Shown in pieces: positions 18,908 to 28,159 of a stretch of DNA of 64,000 nt. The notes beneath the pieces were generated by a model. That model was given only the letters and a program-made list of their open reading frames with translations, ran no database searches and was not told where the DNA came from. Source of the DNA: Gemmatimonadaceae bacterium. Its GTDB lineage: Bacteria; Latescibacterota; UBA2968; UBA8231. Each line of letters begins with the position of its first letter. Positions within the stretch are counted from its first letter, which is position 1. The position numbers were made by a program, and so were the translations under genes. The DNA lies in contig JAPOZM010000040.1 of NCBI GenBank assembly GCA_026706075.1, forward strand, positions 72,723-136,722. The letters are read 5' to 3'.

Positions 18908-20779
18908 ATGATCCGGTGGGAGATCCGGTCTCTCATCGCCGCGGGCGCGATCGGGCTCTTCTACCTGCTGCTCACCTGTCTGCAGCCGGTCAGGACGGAT
19001 GACGTCTTCTGGCACCTGAAGCTGGGCGAGATCCTGTGGGAAGGGAAGGAGTTCCCGGCAAAGGATCCCTTCCTGTTCACCAGCCCGGAGGACACCTACC
19101 CCTTCTACCACGAGTGGCTCTTCCAGGTGGTCGCGCACCTGGTGCACTCCCAGTGGGGCATGGGCGCTGTGAGAGTGCTGACCGCCCTTCTGGCTTTCCT
19201 GGCCTGCGGGGCGGTCTGGTACTGGGCCCGCGGCATGGACGTGACGGGCCACTTCCCCTGGCTGGCCACGGCGGTCATGGTGCTCTTCGCCTGGCAGCGG
19301 CTGATCCAGCTGCGACCCCACGTGGTGACCGTGATCTTCTTCTTCCTGCTGCTGGGCTACCTGTGGCGGCGGAGGGACCGGGTGGGTTGGGGTACCCATC
19401 TGCTCTGTGCCGCGGCGATGATCTTGTGGGCCAACCTCCATTCCGTGGCCCTGATCATCTTCCCTTTCTGGCTGGTCTTCCTGGTCCTCCTGAGGTTTCC
19501 CCGCCCGTCGGTCGGCGCCGATGTGTGGGGCCACTGGACGAACTTCGCCCTCAGCTTCGTGGCGGTCATCGTGAACCCCATGGGCTGGAAGCTCTACGTC
19601 TTCTACTGGCTGAGCCAGTCCCACGACCCGGACATCCAGGTCTACGACTACACCAAGGTCCTCGATGAGTGGGGCCACTGGAATCCCTTCGGCGTGACGA
19701 ACTTCCTGCCCCTCTCCTCTCCGGTCCTGGTGGGGGGATTCGTCCTGCTGTTGATCCTCCTTCTCTTCCGCCTGGGACAGGGGATGAAGGGAGCCTGGCG
19801 TGGGGGGGCGCATCCCCTGGACAGGGAACGGCTGGTCCTGGCTTGCTGGGGGGTGATGGCGGCGGGGCTGATGCTCTTTGCCGTGCGCTTCTTCTGGATG
19901 GCGCCCCTGGTCCTGGCGGCCGTTCTCTTCTTCCCGCGGACCAGGGAGGGCCGGGGCCGCCGGTGGCCGCAGCTGGCGGGATGTCTCCTCCTGATCCTGG
20001 CGGTGTTCCTTCACTTCCAGCATCCGGGCACCGCGAGCTATCGGTTCCCCTGGCGCACCGCCGAGCAGCGATCGCGGTACCTGGGGCAGGACATCGACGA
20101 GGTGAAGTACCACTGGAAGGCGATCCAGTTCCTGAAAGAGCTGGGCCTGGAAGGCCGGGTGTTCAACCCGTACCACCTCGGAGGGGCCCTGAGCTTCGGC
20201 CTGAACCCCCGGGTCAGGACCTTCATCGACGGCCGCATGGAGCACTACCTGGACCAGGTCAACCGCGATCATCACACGATCGAGACGGTGGGGGAGAGCT
20301 TCTCCCAACTCCTCGAAGCGTACGACGTCAACCTGGCCTTCGTTCCCATCAGCCGCTACACGGTGCGCCTGCGCCTCGCCCTGAAGGAGCTCGACTGGGT
20401 CCTGATCTACACCAACTTCCAGACCCAGGTCTATGGCCGCTCGGACCTCTTCGATCTCCACCGGACCGCCATCCTGGGGCACTACGGCCTGGAGGACGGA
20501 GGCAGCCGCCAGGCGCGCAACGATCTCCACGAGCGGCTGCTGACCTCCACCCTCGGCATTCCCGGCTGGCCCATGCGGGCGGTGAGCACGAGAGACCCGG
20601 TGTACATGAGGTACATGAACCTCCTGCTCATGCACCTGTTCACCTCCGAGGCGCGGTACTGGTACAGGGCCGGGTCCCCGAGGCTCGGCACACTCGACCC
20701 CCGGCTGGTGGACTTCCGCCAGGTCTTTGCCCGCCGCGACCAGATCCGCAGGCAGTTGGGGCAGGAGCGCCGCAGGTAG
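18908..20779 (+). CDS. Polytopic membrane protein, possible GT-C-fold glycosyltransferase
   Basis: About 10 or more TM segments; DDVFWHLKLG, DPF.FT, HEWL.QV, LWANLH, NPMG, VFNPYHLGG and TFIDGR motifs; directly follows the GT2 gene. Confidence 0.65.
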   Translation: MIRWEIRSLIAAGAIGLFYLLLTCLQPVRTDDVFWHLKLGEILWEGKEFPAKDPFLFTSPEDTYPFYHEWLFQVVAHLVHSQWGMGAVRVLTALLAFLACGAVWYWARGMDVTGHFPWLATAVMVLFAWQRLIQLRPHVVTVIFFFLLLGYLWRRRDRVGWGTHLLCAAAMILWANLHSVALIIFPFWLVFLVLLRFPRPSVGADVWGHWTNFALSFVAVIVNPMGWKLYVFYWLSQSHDPDIQVYDYTKVLDEWGHWNPFGVTNFLPLSSPVLVGGFVLLLILLLFRLGQGMKGAWRGGAHPLDRERLVLACWGVMAAGLMLFAVRFFWMAPLVLAAVLFFPRTREGRGRRWPQLAGCLLLILAVFLHFQHPGTASYRFPWRTAEQRSRYLGQDIDEVKYHWKAIQFLKELGLEGRVFNPYHLGGALSFGLNPRVRTFIDGRMEHYLDQVNRDHHTIETVGESFSQLLEAYDVNLAFVPISRYTVRLRLALKELDWVLIYTNFQTQVYGRSDLFDLHRTAILGHYGLEDGGSRQARNDLHERLLTSTLGIPGWPMRAVSTRDPVYMRYMNLLLMHLFTSEARYWYRAGSPRLGTLDPRLVDFRQVFARRDQIRRQLGQERRR

Positions 20780-20804
20780 TGCGTGAATCAGAAAGGAGCC
20801 GCAC

Positions 20805-21875
20805 TTGATCAGGCGAGCATGCACAATCGGGGCGGCCGTGCTGTGGGGTATCTGGCCCGCCGAGGCCCTGGAGCGCGCCGACAGGGAGTTCAGGATCTTC
20901 CAGTTCCCCGCCGACATGATCCCCCGCATCGACGGCGACACCGGCGACTGGGAGATGGTGCCCGACAGCTACGCGTACGGAGTGGACGAGCTCTCCGACA
21001 CGGTGAAGGGGAACCTCACCAACTACGACCGCGACGATCTGGACGTCACGGTCCGCGTGGGCTGGGTGAAGGGTCTGAACCGCCTCTATTTCCTCTACGA
21101 GGCGTACGACGACTACTGGAACATGTACTACAAGTACGGCGACCTGTTCGAGGTCGCCGTCGACGCGGACCGCTCCGGGGGGCCGAACATCGTCAATCCC
21201 CAGATCGACAATCCCTGGGAGAGTCACTTCCTGTTCAAGGGGGTCCACGCCCAGAACTACCACATCTTCACGCCCGCGGGAGAAGGGCGGGACTGGGCTT
21301 TCGTCTGGGGGTGCCAGCCGTGGATCGGCCGGCTGCCCTGGGCCAACCACGCCTACTCGTACGACTTCGAGGAGGGGGAGAGCGGCCACCTCGTGCTGGA
21401 GTTCTGGATCACGCCCTTCGACTACGCCCCGTACGACGGCCCGGAGAGGGCCGCCGTCTCCCGCCTGGAGGAGAACGGCCTGATCGCCCTCTCCTGGTCG
21501 GTCCTCGACTTCGACGAGAACACCGAGGAGTACGAGGGGTTCTGGAACCTGTCCCACGAGACGAGCATGTACGAGGACGCCTCGAAACTGTGCGCATTCC
21601 GCCTGATGCCGCTGGAACCGGAGTACCTCAAGCCGCTGGAGGCGGAGTACTCCTTCAAGGTCATCGACATGGACCGCCGGCTGATCGCCTTCACCGATCG
21701 ATCGCGGGGGGAGATCACGTCATGGTCGTGGGACTTCGGCGACAGCACCTCCTCGGCGGAGCAGCACCCGATTCACCAGTACGAGGAGCCCGGCGAATTC
21801 GTGGTCATCCTGGACGTGGAGGGGCCCGAGGGGAAGGCCCGGCGGATCAAGGTGAACCAGGTGGTGGTGAAGTAG
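20805..21875 (+). CDS. Secreted CBM9/DOMON-like domain protein with C-terminal PKD domain
   Basis: AAGGAG RBS before TTG; PRIDGDTGDW; C-terminal FTDRS.GEITSWSWDFGD...QHPIHQY..PG (PKD). Confidence 0.78.
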   Translation: MIRRACTIGAAVLWGIWPAEALERADREFRIFQFPADMIPRIDGDTGDWEMVPDSYAYGVDELSDTVKGNLTNYDRDDLDVTVRVGWVKGLNRLYFLYEAYDDYWNMYYKYGDLFEVAVDADRSGGPNIVNPQIDNPWESHFLFKGVHAQNYHIFTPAGEGRDWAFVWGCQPWIGRLPWANHAYSYDFEEGESGHLVLEFWITPFDYAPYDGPERAAVSRLEENGLIALSWSVLDFDENTEEYEGFWNLSHETSMYEDASKLCAFRLMPLEPEYLKPLEAEYSFKVIDMDRRLIAFTDRSRGEITSWSWDFGDSTSSAEQHPIHQYEEPGEFVVILDVEGPEGKARRIKVNQVVVK

Positions 21876-21900
21876 GGCTGGCTCCCCGCACCCGCCGGGC

Positions 21901-23226
21901 TCAGCCGAAGGAGAAGCTGTAGAGGCTGGCTCTGCTGAACCGGAAGCGGATGCGCAGCGCTCCGCCGGAGGGCAAGGTGCCGCGCGTCTTCCAACGGACG
22001 GTCTGACGGACGCCACCCCCGGTGAGCGGGCGGCACTCGGACAGGCCGTAGCCGGGGACCGGGGCTCCCGACGGATCGAGGACCTCGGCCCTCAGCTCCC
22101 CCCTGGCAGCGTCGGCGTTGACGATCAGCCGCTGACCGGTCCCGGCCATGGGCGTGGTCTCCACGGTGCCCGGCCTCTCGCCGGCGTCGAGGGAGACCCA
22201 GCCGTCCTGCCGCCAGGCGGCGCGGGCGATGGCGATCTTCTTCAGCGGCACGTATCCCCCGTGGGTCGTGGTGATGCCCGTGTAGTAGAGGCGAACCTCG
22301 TCCTCCGCCAGGATGGGCCCGTTGGCGACCCCGAGAATGCAGCCGCCGTCGTAGTCGTGGGGGCCGTTCGGGATGACGGGGGACCGGTCCTCGCACCGGG
22401 ACCACGACCGGCCGTCCCGGCTGTGCACCAGCTGCACGTCGATGGGACCGTCGTCCCGGCTCTGCTCCGGGCCCTTCTCTACGGGTGGACCGGTGTGCCG
22501 GAAGTGGGTGACGAAACCCAGCCACAGCCCGTGGTACGGGAAGACCGACATGTTGTAGAACTGCGAGAACAGGCCGCCCTCCGCCTGTGTCCGGGCGTCG
22601 TCGATCTGGTCCGGGGCCATGACCAGGGCGGGCTCCGACCAGCTCTGCAGGTCGGGGCTGGAGGAGAGATGGACCAGGCGGCGCCTGCGGCCCCGGTGGA
22701 TGCCGTAGCGCTTGTGGAAGGCGAGGTAGTCGCCGGTGGCGGGGTCCCGGGCCAGGCAGCAGGTGTCGCCGCCGGGCAGGACGGGGTTCGCGGGGAAGAG
22801 CTGCCAGTTCAGGCCGTCCGAAGAGTGCGCGGTGCAGTAGCCGCGGCTCTCGGGTGAGCGGGAGACGCCGAGCATCTTGTAGCGGCGTTCGGGGTCTGCC
22901 GGATCGTGGATGACGCTGGGGCTGTGGAGGCGGATGGGGAGGGCGTTGGTGCCGCCGAGGTCCGGGCGGCGCCAGGAGAGGCCGTCCTGCGATTCGGCGT
23001 AGAGGACCCGGTCCGGCCAGCGCATGTACCACATGCGCAGGGTCTCGCCGTCCTCGGCGGGCAGCACCGTGCCGTAGATGTAGACGCGCTCGTCGTCGGA
23101 CGGCGCCTGCCAGGACTCCCGGCCGGAGATGACGGGGCGGGGCCGCTTTCCGCAGGGATGGGTCCGGCGAACCACCCCCTGCTTGCGGGCGATCACCTCG
23201 TCGTCGACGAAGAGGTGGGTCGTCAG
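21901..23226 (-). CDS. Putative five-bladed beta-propeller glycoside hydrolase-like protein (probable CTG start)
   Basis: LFVDD, YAESQDGLSW.RPDLG, SSDGLNW, QFYNM, QLVHSRDGRSW, LYYTG and RQDGWVSL. Paralog of 28160 and 29636. Confidence 0.75.
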   Translation of the reverse strand: MTTHLFVDDEVIARKQGVVRRTHPCGKRPRPVISGRESWQAPSDDERVYIYGTVLPAEDGETLRMWYMRWPDRVLYAESQDGLSWRRPDLGGTNALPIRLHSPSVIHDPADPERRYKMLGVSRSPESRGYCTAHSSDGLNWQLFPANPVLPGGDTCCLARDPATGDYLAFHKRYGIHRGRRRRLVHLSSSPDLQSWSEPALVMAPDQIDDARTQAEGGLFSQFYNMSVFPYHGLWLGFVTHFRHTGPPVEKGPEQSRDDGPIDVQLVHSRDGRSWSRCEDRSPVIPNGPHDYDGGCILGVANGPILAEDEVRLYYTGITTTHGGYVPLKKIAIARAAWRQDGWVSLDAGERPGTVETTPMAGTGQRLIVNADAARGELRAEVLDPSGAPVPGYGLSECRPLTGGGVRQTVRWKTRGTLPSGGALRIRFRFSRASLYSFSFG

Positions 23227-24338
23227 AAGGACGTGCCGGCGCCCTCGGCGGCGAGGTCGATCTCGGCGACGAAGATGTCGGCCGGTCCGGACTTGAAGTG
23301 CGAGAGCTCGTAGCCGGGCGGGGGCGCCTCCCGCCGGAGGGTGCCCCACCGCTCGATGTGGTGCAGGCGCTTCTTCTCGCCCTCGACGGCGCCGCCCAGG
23401 TAGGCGTGCTGCGAGTAGTAGCTGACGATCAGTCGGTCCGGCTCGAGGGAGAGAAGACCCGGATAGGCGGCGTCGCCGTCGCTCGGCAGGGCGAAGACCG
23501 GCGTCACGCCGTCCCGGTCCAGCAGGAAGATCCCCGTGTTGCCCGCCGGGGAGTGCTGGGGGACCCAGGGCGACGTGGGGTCGCGGCGGCCGGCCACGTA
23601 CACCTTGCCTGCGGACTCGCACAGCGCCGGGCAGTGGATCAGCGTCTCCAGGTCCAGGCAGGACCACTCCTCGTACGGGGGGCTGGAGGTGTAGAGGAGG
23701 GAGTGCTGGCTCTCCCGCCTCGTCCGGGAGACGCACCACAGCTCCCCGTCGGGCCGGAAGATCACGTCCGCCTCGTTGAATCGCGGCGTCGTTCGGTGGT
23801 CCAGCCCGCGGGCCTCCCGCAGTTCCTGCGGGGTCGCTCCCTCGGGTTCGGAGGGAATCCTGGAGACGGAGGTCCAGTTGCGGCCGTCCTGGCTGGAGAG
23901 CAGCTCGCCCCCCTTCTCGGCGCAGTAGAAGACTCCTTCGTGCAGCTGGACGCGCCACAGCCAGTAGTTCCTGTCGTATGCTCTGATCGGCGGCGACCAC
24001 CGGTAGCCGTCGTCGGAGGCGAAGACGTAGGGGTCGACGACCTGGCGTACCCGTCCGTCCACCGGTTCGTACCAGCTGTCGGCGCAGAACACGAGGAGCT
24101 CGTCGTCGGTGGCCGCCAGCTTCACGTCCCTGGCGTCGTTGGGCGTCCTCAGGACGGCGACCTCGTCCCAGCGCTGCAGGTCGGCCGACCGGAGCAGGAC
24201 GACGACGCCGTCGGGCGCCGAGTGTGCCGAGGTCCGGTCGTAGACCAGCCAGAACGTGTCCCGCCAGAAGCAGATGTCCGAACACATGTTGTGCCAGCCG
24301 TCGCGGACGACGGTGCGGTGAGACAGGACCTGCGGCAT
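23223..24338 (-). CDS. Sialidase/BNR-like beta-propeller hypothetical protein
   Basis: ACAGGAG RBS before ATG 24338; Asp-box-like S.DL.RW, SDDGYRW and SQDGRNW; LPSDGDAAYPG and SYYSQH. Confidence 0.7.
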   Translation of the reverse strand: MPQVLSHRTVVRDGWHNMCSDICFWRDTFWLVYDRTSAHSAPDGVVVLLRSADLQRWDEVAVLRTPNDARDVKLAATDDELLVFCADSWYEPVDGRVRQVVDPYVFASDDGYRWSPPIRAYDRNYWLWRVQLHEGVFYCAEKGGELLSSQDGRNWTSVSRIPSEPEGATPQELREARGLDHRTTPRFNEADVIFRPDGELWCVSRTRRESQHSLLYTSSPPYEEWSCLDLETLIHCPALCESAGKVYVAGRRDPTSPWVPQHSPAGNTGIFLLDRDGVTPVFALPSDGDAAYPGLLSLEPDRLIVSYYSQHAYLGGAVEGEKKRLHHIERWGTLRREAPPPGYELSHFKSGPADIFVAEIDLAAEGAGTSF

Positions 24339-24425
24339 GAGAGCTCCTGTATGAGATCCCCCCGCAGCGCGGCGGCGCACGGCCTCCGGCCGGGTCGAGT
24401 GCGCGATGGGGGCAAAACTGGGCGC

Positions 24426-24461
24426 AAAAAGAGGGGGGCGAGAATCGGATCTCGCCCCCCC
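24426..24461 (-). terminator. Rho-independent terminator downstream of the WGRIK protein gene
   Basis: On the minus strand: GGGGGGCGAG-ATCCGATT-CTCGCCCCCC followed by TCTTTTT. Confidence 0.8.
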
Positions 24462-24501
24462 GGGTATCAGTCGCCTTGCGGCGACGGCAGCCTCGTCACC
24501 T

Positions 24502-25410
24502 TCAGTTGGCGAAGGTATCCTTGATCCGGCCCCAGCTGTCCTGCTCGACAGCGGAGACCACGGGCACCCAGATGCTCGCGTCGTAGCCGAGGAGGGTGTA
24601 GTCGACGAAGGCATTGGCCAGGAAGTAGAGGTTGACGTTGCCGCTGTTGATCCAGTAGCCGTTGTAAGCACCGTCAGCGGGGACATCGTCGTCTACGGCG
24701 GCGAAGCCGACGCCGATGATCTCACCCTCGGTCAGATCGTGCACGACCACGTCGGGGTCGTCGATGCCCGAGGAGCTGGTGGGCAGATCGTCGAAGGGCG
24801 TCACCCACATCTCCAGGAAGGGGTTGACGGCGCCGCCGTCGGTGTCACCCTCGATGTTGTACTCCACGCCGGCGTAGGGCCTTTCGCCGGCCCAGGGCGC
24901 GGCGCCCCACAGGAACAACTCGCCCTCGATGTGCAACTGCCAGCGGTAGTTCTGGGTCAGGGCTCCCTCCCACCGCTCCGCATCGAGACCCGCTCCGGCC
25001 ACGTCGTTGAATTGCTCGTCGCCGCTGTGATCGAAATCGATCGCAATCTCGGTGTTCTCGTAGTTGGTGTCGGTATAACCAAAGAACTGGTCGTCAAAGC
25101 GCTCTTCCATGAAGTAGAAGAGGTTGGTCTCCGGGCTCCAGCCCAGGATGATGCGCGTGGCGAGGTTGGCGGGATCGGGGTCGCCCAGACCGTGGATCGC
25201 CTCGGTCAGATCGTCCTGCGTCGTCCAGAAGACGGAAGGCACGTTGTCCCAGTCTGACAGGTCACCGTCCATCACGACAGGCCAGACACCGTCAGCGTTG
25301 ATGGGGACCTGCACGGCGGCGAAGTTGTCGTCCGGCCGTTCGTGGGCGGAAGTGGCGACCGCCGCAACGAGGACGAGCGCCAAAGCGGATGCGAAGACTC
25401 CCTTCATCAC
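24502..25410 (-). CDS. Secreted acidic CBM9/DOMON-like protein with C-terminal 'SWGRIK' tail
   Basis: AAGGAG RBS; signal peptide; VMDGDLSDWDNVP and LEMWVTPFD; ends VSAVEQDSWGRIKDTFAN. Confidence 0.8.
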   Translation of the reverse strand: MMKGVFASALALVLVAAVATSAHERPDDNFAAVQVPINADGVWPVVMDGDLSDWDNVPSVFWTTQDDLTEAIHGLGDPDPANLATRIILGWSPETNLFYFMEERFDDQFFGYTDTNYENTEIAIDFDHSGDEQFNDVAGAGLDAERWEGALTQNYRWQLHIEGELFLWGAAPWAGERPYAGVEYNIEGDTDGGAVNPFLEMWVTPFDDLPTSSSGIDDPDVVVHDLTEGEIIGVGFAAVDDDVPADGAYNGYWINSGNVNLYFLANAFVDYTLLGYDASIWVPVVSAVEQDSWGRIKDTFAN

Positions 25411-25503
25411 TCTATCTCCTTGTGACTTTGGCCGGGGGGACTCTCCCTCCCGGCGAGATGAAGGTGCGAACGCTCGAACGCTCGCGCCAAGAAAATCAGG
25501 CGC

Positions 25504-25532
25504 AATCTATCCCAAGGCTGGCGGCAAGGCAA
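25504..25532 (-). promoter_or_regulatory. Putative sigma70-type promoter for the WGRIK protein gene
   Basis: Minus strand TTGCCT-N17-TAGATT, about 95 nt upstream of the start codon. Confidence 0.45.
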
Positions 25533-26017
25533 GGATAATTGCGGCCAGCCTTCGACGGCGACGGGACTTCCACGGCGCACAGTCGAGACCGTAACTCCTT
25601 GTAAATTGGGAAGATGAAGAGATCCTCCGGGTCCCATCCTTCAGATCCTCCCGTGGCGTTGGTCTCCACCGGTGAGTCGGACATTGCGCCTGACCGGCGT
25701 TGCGGGGACCGGATCGGTCCCTGTAAGTTGGACGGCAGAGGGACAAGGCGGCACTGCCCGAGCTTCGATCTCAGCAGGGGCAGCCTCCCGTCTCGGCAGT
25801 CCCGAGATCACGGGGCTCATGGGGCGTCGCCACCGGACCCCGGGGGCCTCGAGGGACCCGCATCCGCCCCCCCGAATCGTTACTGGAGGACTCCCCCTGC
25901 CCTTGAACTGCGTCGCCGGCCAGGGGCCCTGCCACGTCCAGCCGAAGGCCGGTTGTGGCCACGGCCTGTCGGCGCGCGAGGCCGTGGCCTCGTGAGGCAC
26001 CAGCAGCCGGGCCCCCG

Positions 26018-27979
26018 ATGACGGCACCTCCGCGGGGAGACCAGCAGGGCGCTCGGGATCTGCGCGGGATCCCGGTGCGGGGCATCCTGATCGGGGCCGT
26101 GCTGGCCCTGGTGCTCAACGTCTGCGACACCTACGCCACGAACGCGATCCAGGGGTCGTACCTGACCCTCAACTTCAGCACCCCCGCCGCCCTCTTCTTC
26201 TTCTTCTTCCTCGTCCTGGCCAGCGGCGTGGTGGGTCTCCTGCACCGGTGGCTGGAGCTGAGCCGGGCCGAGCTGATCACGATCTACGTCATGCTGCTGG
26301 TGGCCTGCTGCATCCCCGGCATGGGCTTCACCCAGTTCATCATTCCCTGCCTCCTCGGGTCGACCTACTACGCAACGCCCGAGAACAACTGGGAGGAGCT
26401 GTACAACCAGTACATCCCGGAGTGGATGATCCCCAGGGGCGAGGGCGTGGCCCGCTACTTCTTCGAGGGGCTGCCCGAGGGGGCCTCGATCCCGTGGGGC
26501 GCCTGGGTGGTGCCCCTGGGCCTGTGGTTCGGGTTCTTCCTGGCCCTCGGCTTCGCCATGATCTGCGCCATGGTGATCCTGCGCCGGCAGTGGGTCGACA
26601 ACGAGCGGCTCACCTACGCCCTGGTGCAGGTGCCGATGGAGATGATCCAGGGGGAGGAAGGCGGCGCCGTGGGCCGCTCCTTCTTCACCAACAAGACGAT
26701 GTGGCTGGGCTTCGCCGTCTCCTTCCTGCTGCTGAGCGTCATCGGGCTGAACACCTACTTCCCGGAGTTCCCCCGCTTCGAGCGCACCGTGGGCCTGCCC
26801 CTGTTCGGCAATACCGGGCTAAGCTTCTGGTTCAGCCCGCCGTGGACGGGGTTCTTCTACTTCGTCAGCCTCGACATCTCGGCCTCGATCTGGGTCTTCT
26901 ACCTCCTCGTCCGGCTGCAGCGGGGCGTCTTCAACGTCCTCGGCGTGCACAGCACGCAGCGCATCGATTTCTACTCCGAGGACCCCTTCCTCGCCCACCA
27001 GGGCCTCGGGGCGATGATCGTCTTCGTCCTCGTCGGTCTGTGGGTGGCGCGGCGGCACCTGCGCCAGGTGGCGGCCAGGGCCCTCCGCGGGGCTCGCGAG
27101 GTCGACGACAGCGGCGAGATCCTCACCTACCGGCAGGCGTTCTTCGGGCTCGTCGCCGGCCTGCTGATCGTCGCCGTCTGGCTGTCGGCGACCGGCCTTC
27201 CCTTCGCGGTGGCCCTGCTCTTCGTCTTCGGCGCCATGGTCCTGTTCATGGCCCTGACGCGGGTCGTCGCCGAGGGCGGCATCCCGGCGATGCGGCCTCC
27301 CCTGATGACCTCGACCTTCGTGATCTCCACGGTCGGCACCTCCGCCATCGGCGCCCAGGGCCTGGTGGCCCTCGGCTTCTCCTACGGCTGGCACTCGGAG
27401 ATCCGCTCCTTCGTCATGTCTTCGGTCGCCAACGGACTCAAGATGAGCGAGATGATCCGCGGACCGAAGCGCCGCCTGTTCTGGGCCATCGTCGTCGCCA
27501 TCCTCGTCAGCCTGGCGGGTTCCTCCTATATCACGCTGGTCATGGCCTACGAGCACGGCGGCATCAACCTCAACCCCCTGTTCTTCTCATGGCAGTCCAC
27601 CCACTTCGGGCCCATGGACATGACGCCGCGCATCTCCGGGGCGCCCGAAGGCCCGCGCTGGGACGCCGTGCAGTTCATGCTCATCGGGGGAGGGGTGATG
27701 TCGGCCCTCATGTGGGCTCGCCACCAGTTCGTGTGGTGGCCGCTGAACCCCCTCGGTTTCACCATCGCCGCCAACTGGAAGACGGGCCACATCTTCTGCA
27801 GCGCCCTGGTCGCCTGGTGCCTGAAGTACCTGATCCTGCGCTACGGCGGCGTGCGCCTCTACCGCAGCCTGCGGCCCTTCTTCCTGGGCCTGATCCTGGG
27901 CGAGATCGTCGGCGCCGGCGTGTTCCTGGTGATCGACTACCTCACCGGCACCACGGGCAGCTTCCTCACCCAGATCTGA
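26018..27979 (+). CDS. Large polytopic inner-membrane protein (DUF6785/DUF6784-like, putative transporter)
   Basis: About 15 or more TM helices; LSRAELITIY, YYATPEN.W, LRRQWVDNERL.Y.L, R.VAEGG, WWPLNPLG and LRYGG..LYR..RPFFLGLILGE. Confidence 0.7.
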   Translation: MTAPPRGDQQGARDLRGIPVRGILIGAVLALVLNVCDTYATNAIQGSYLTLNFSTPAALFFFFFLVLASGVVGLLHRWLELSRAELITIYVMLLVACCIPGMGFTQFIIPCLLGSTYYATPENNWEELYNQYIPEWMIPRGEGVARYFFEGLPEGASIPWGAWVVPLGLWFGFFLALGFAMICAMVILRRQWVDNERLTYALVQVPMEMIQGEEGGAVGRSFFTNKTMWLGFAVSFLLLSVIGLNTYFPEFPRFERTVGLPLFGNTGLSFWFSPPWTGFFYFVSLDISASIWVFYLLVRLQRGVFNVLGVHSTQRIDFYSEDPFLAHQGLGAMIVFVLVGLWVARRHLRQVAARALRGAREVDDSGEILTYRQAFFGLVAGLLIVAVWLSATGLPFAVALLFVFGAMVLFMALTRVVAEGGIPAMRPPLMTSTFVISTVGTSAIGAQGLVALGFSYGWHSEIRSFVMSSVANGLKMSEMIRGPKRRLFWAIVVAILVSLAGSSYITLVMAYEHGGINLNPLFFSWQSTHFGPMDMTPRISGAPEGPRWDAVQFMLIGGGVMSALMWARHQFVWWPLNPLGFTIAANWKTGHIFCSALVAWCLKYLILRYGGVRLYRSLRPFFLGLILGEIVGAGVFLVIDYLTGTTGSFLTQI

Positions 27980-28159
27980 AGGGCCCGGCCGGGGTTCCGG
28001 GTCTACATGCGCCTCGGAGGGATCCCCCCGGCGAGGCGGCAAAGCGCGGCCCCGGCGGCTGTTGCCCGGGGGAACAGCGAGTCTTTCGTTAGCGCCGGCG
28101 CGGAGCCGCCGGCACAGGCTGGTCGGAAGGATGGCCTGCAACCACGGAGAGGATCCCGG

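Noticed and set aside
25880-25960. Possible cobalamin riboswitch or 6S RNA (CTGCCC...AACTG, GCCAC, CCTTGAAC)
   Set aside because: The B12-box, GGGAA and 6S rod features could not be found. It is kept only as an unassigned structured region.
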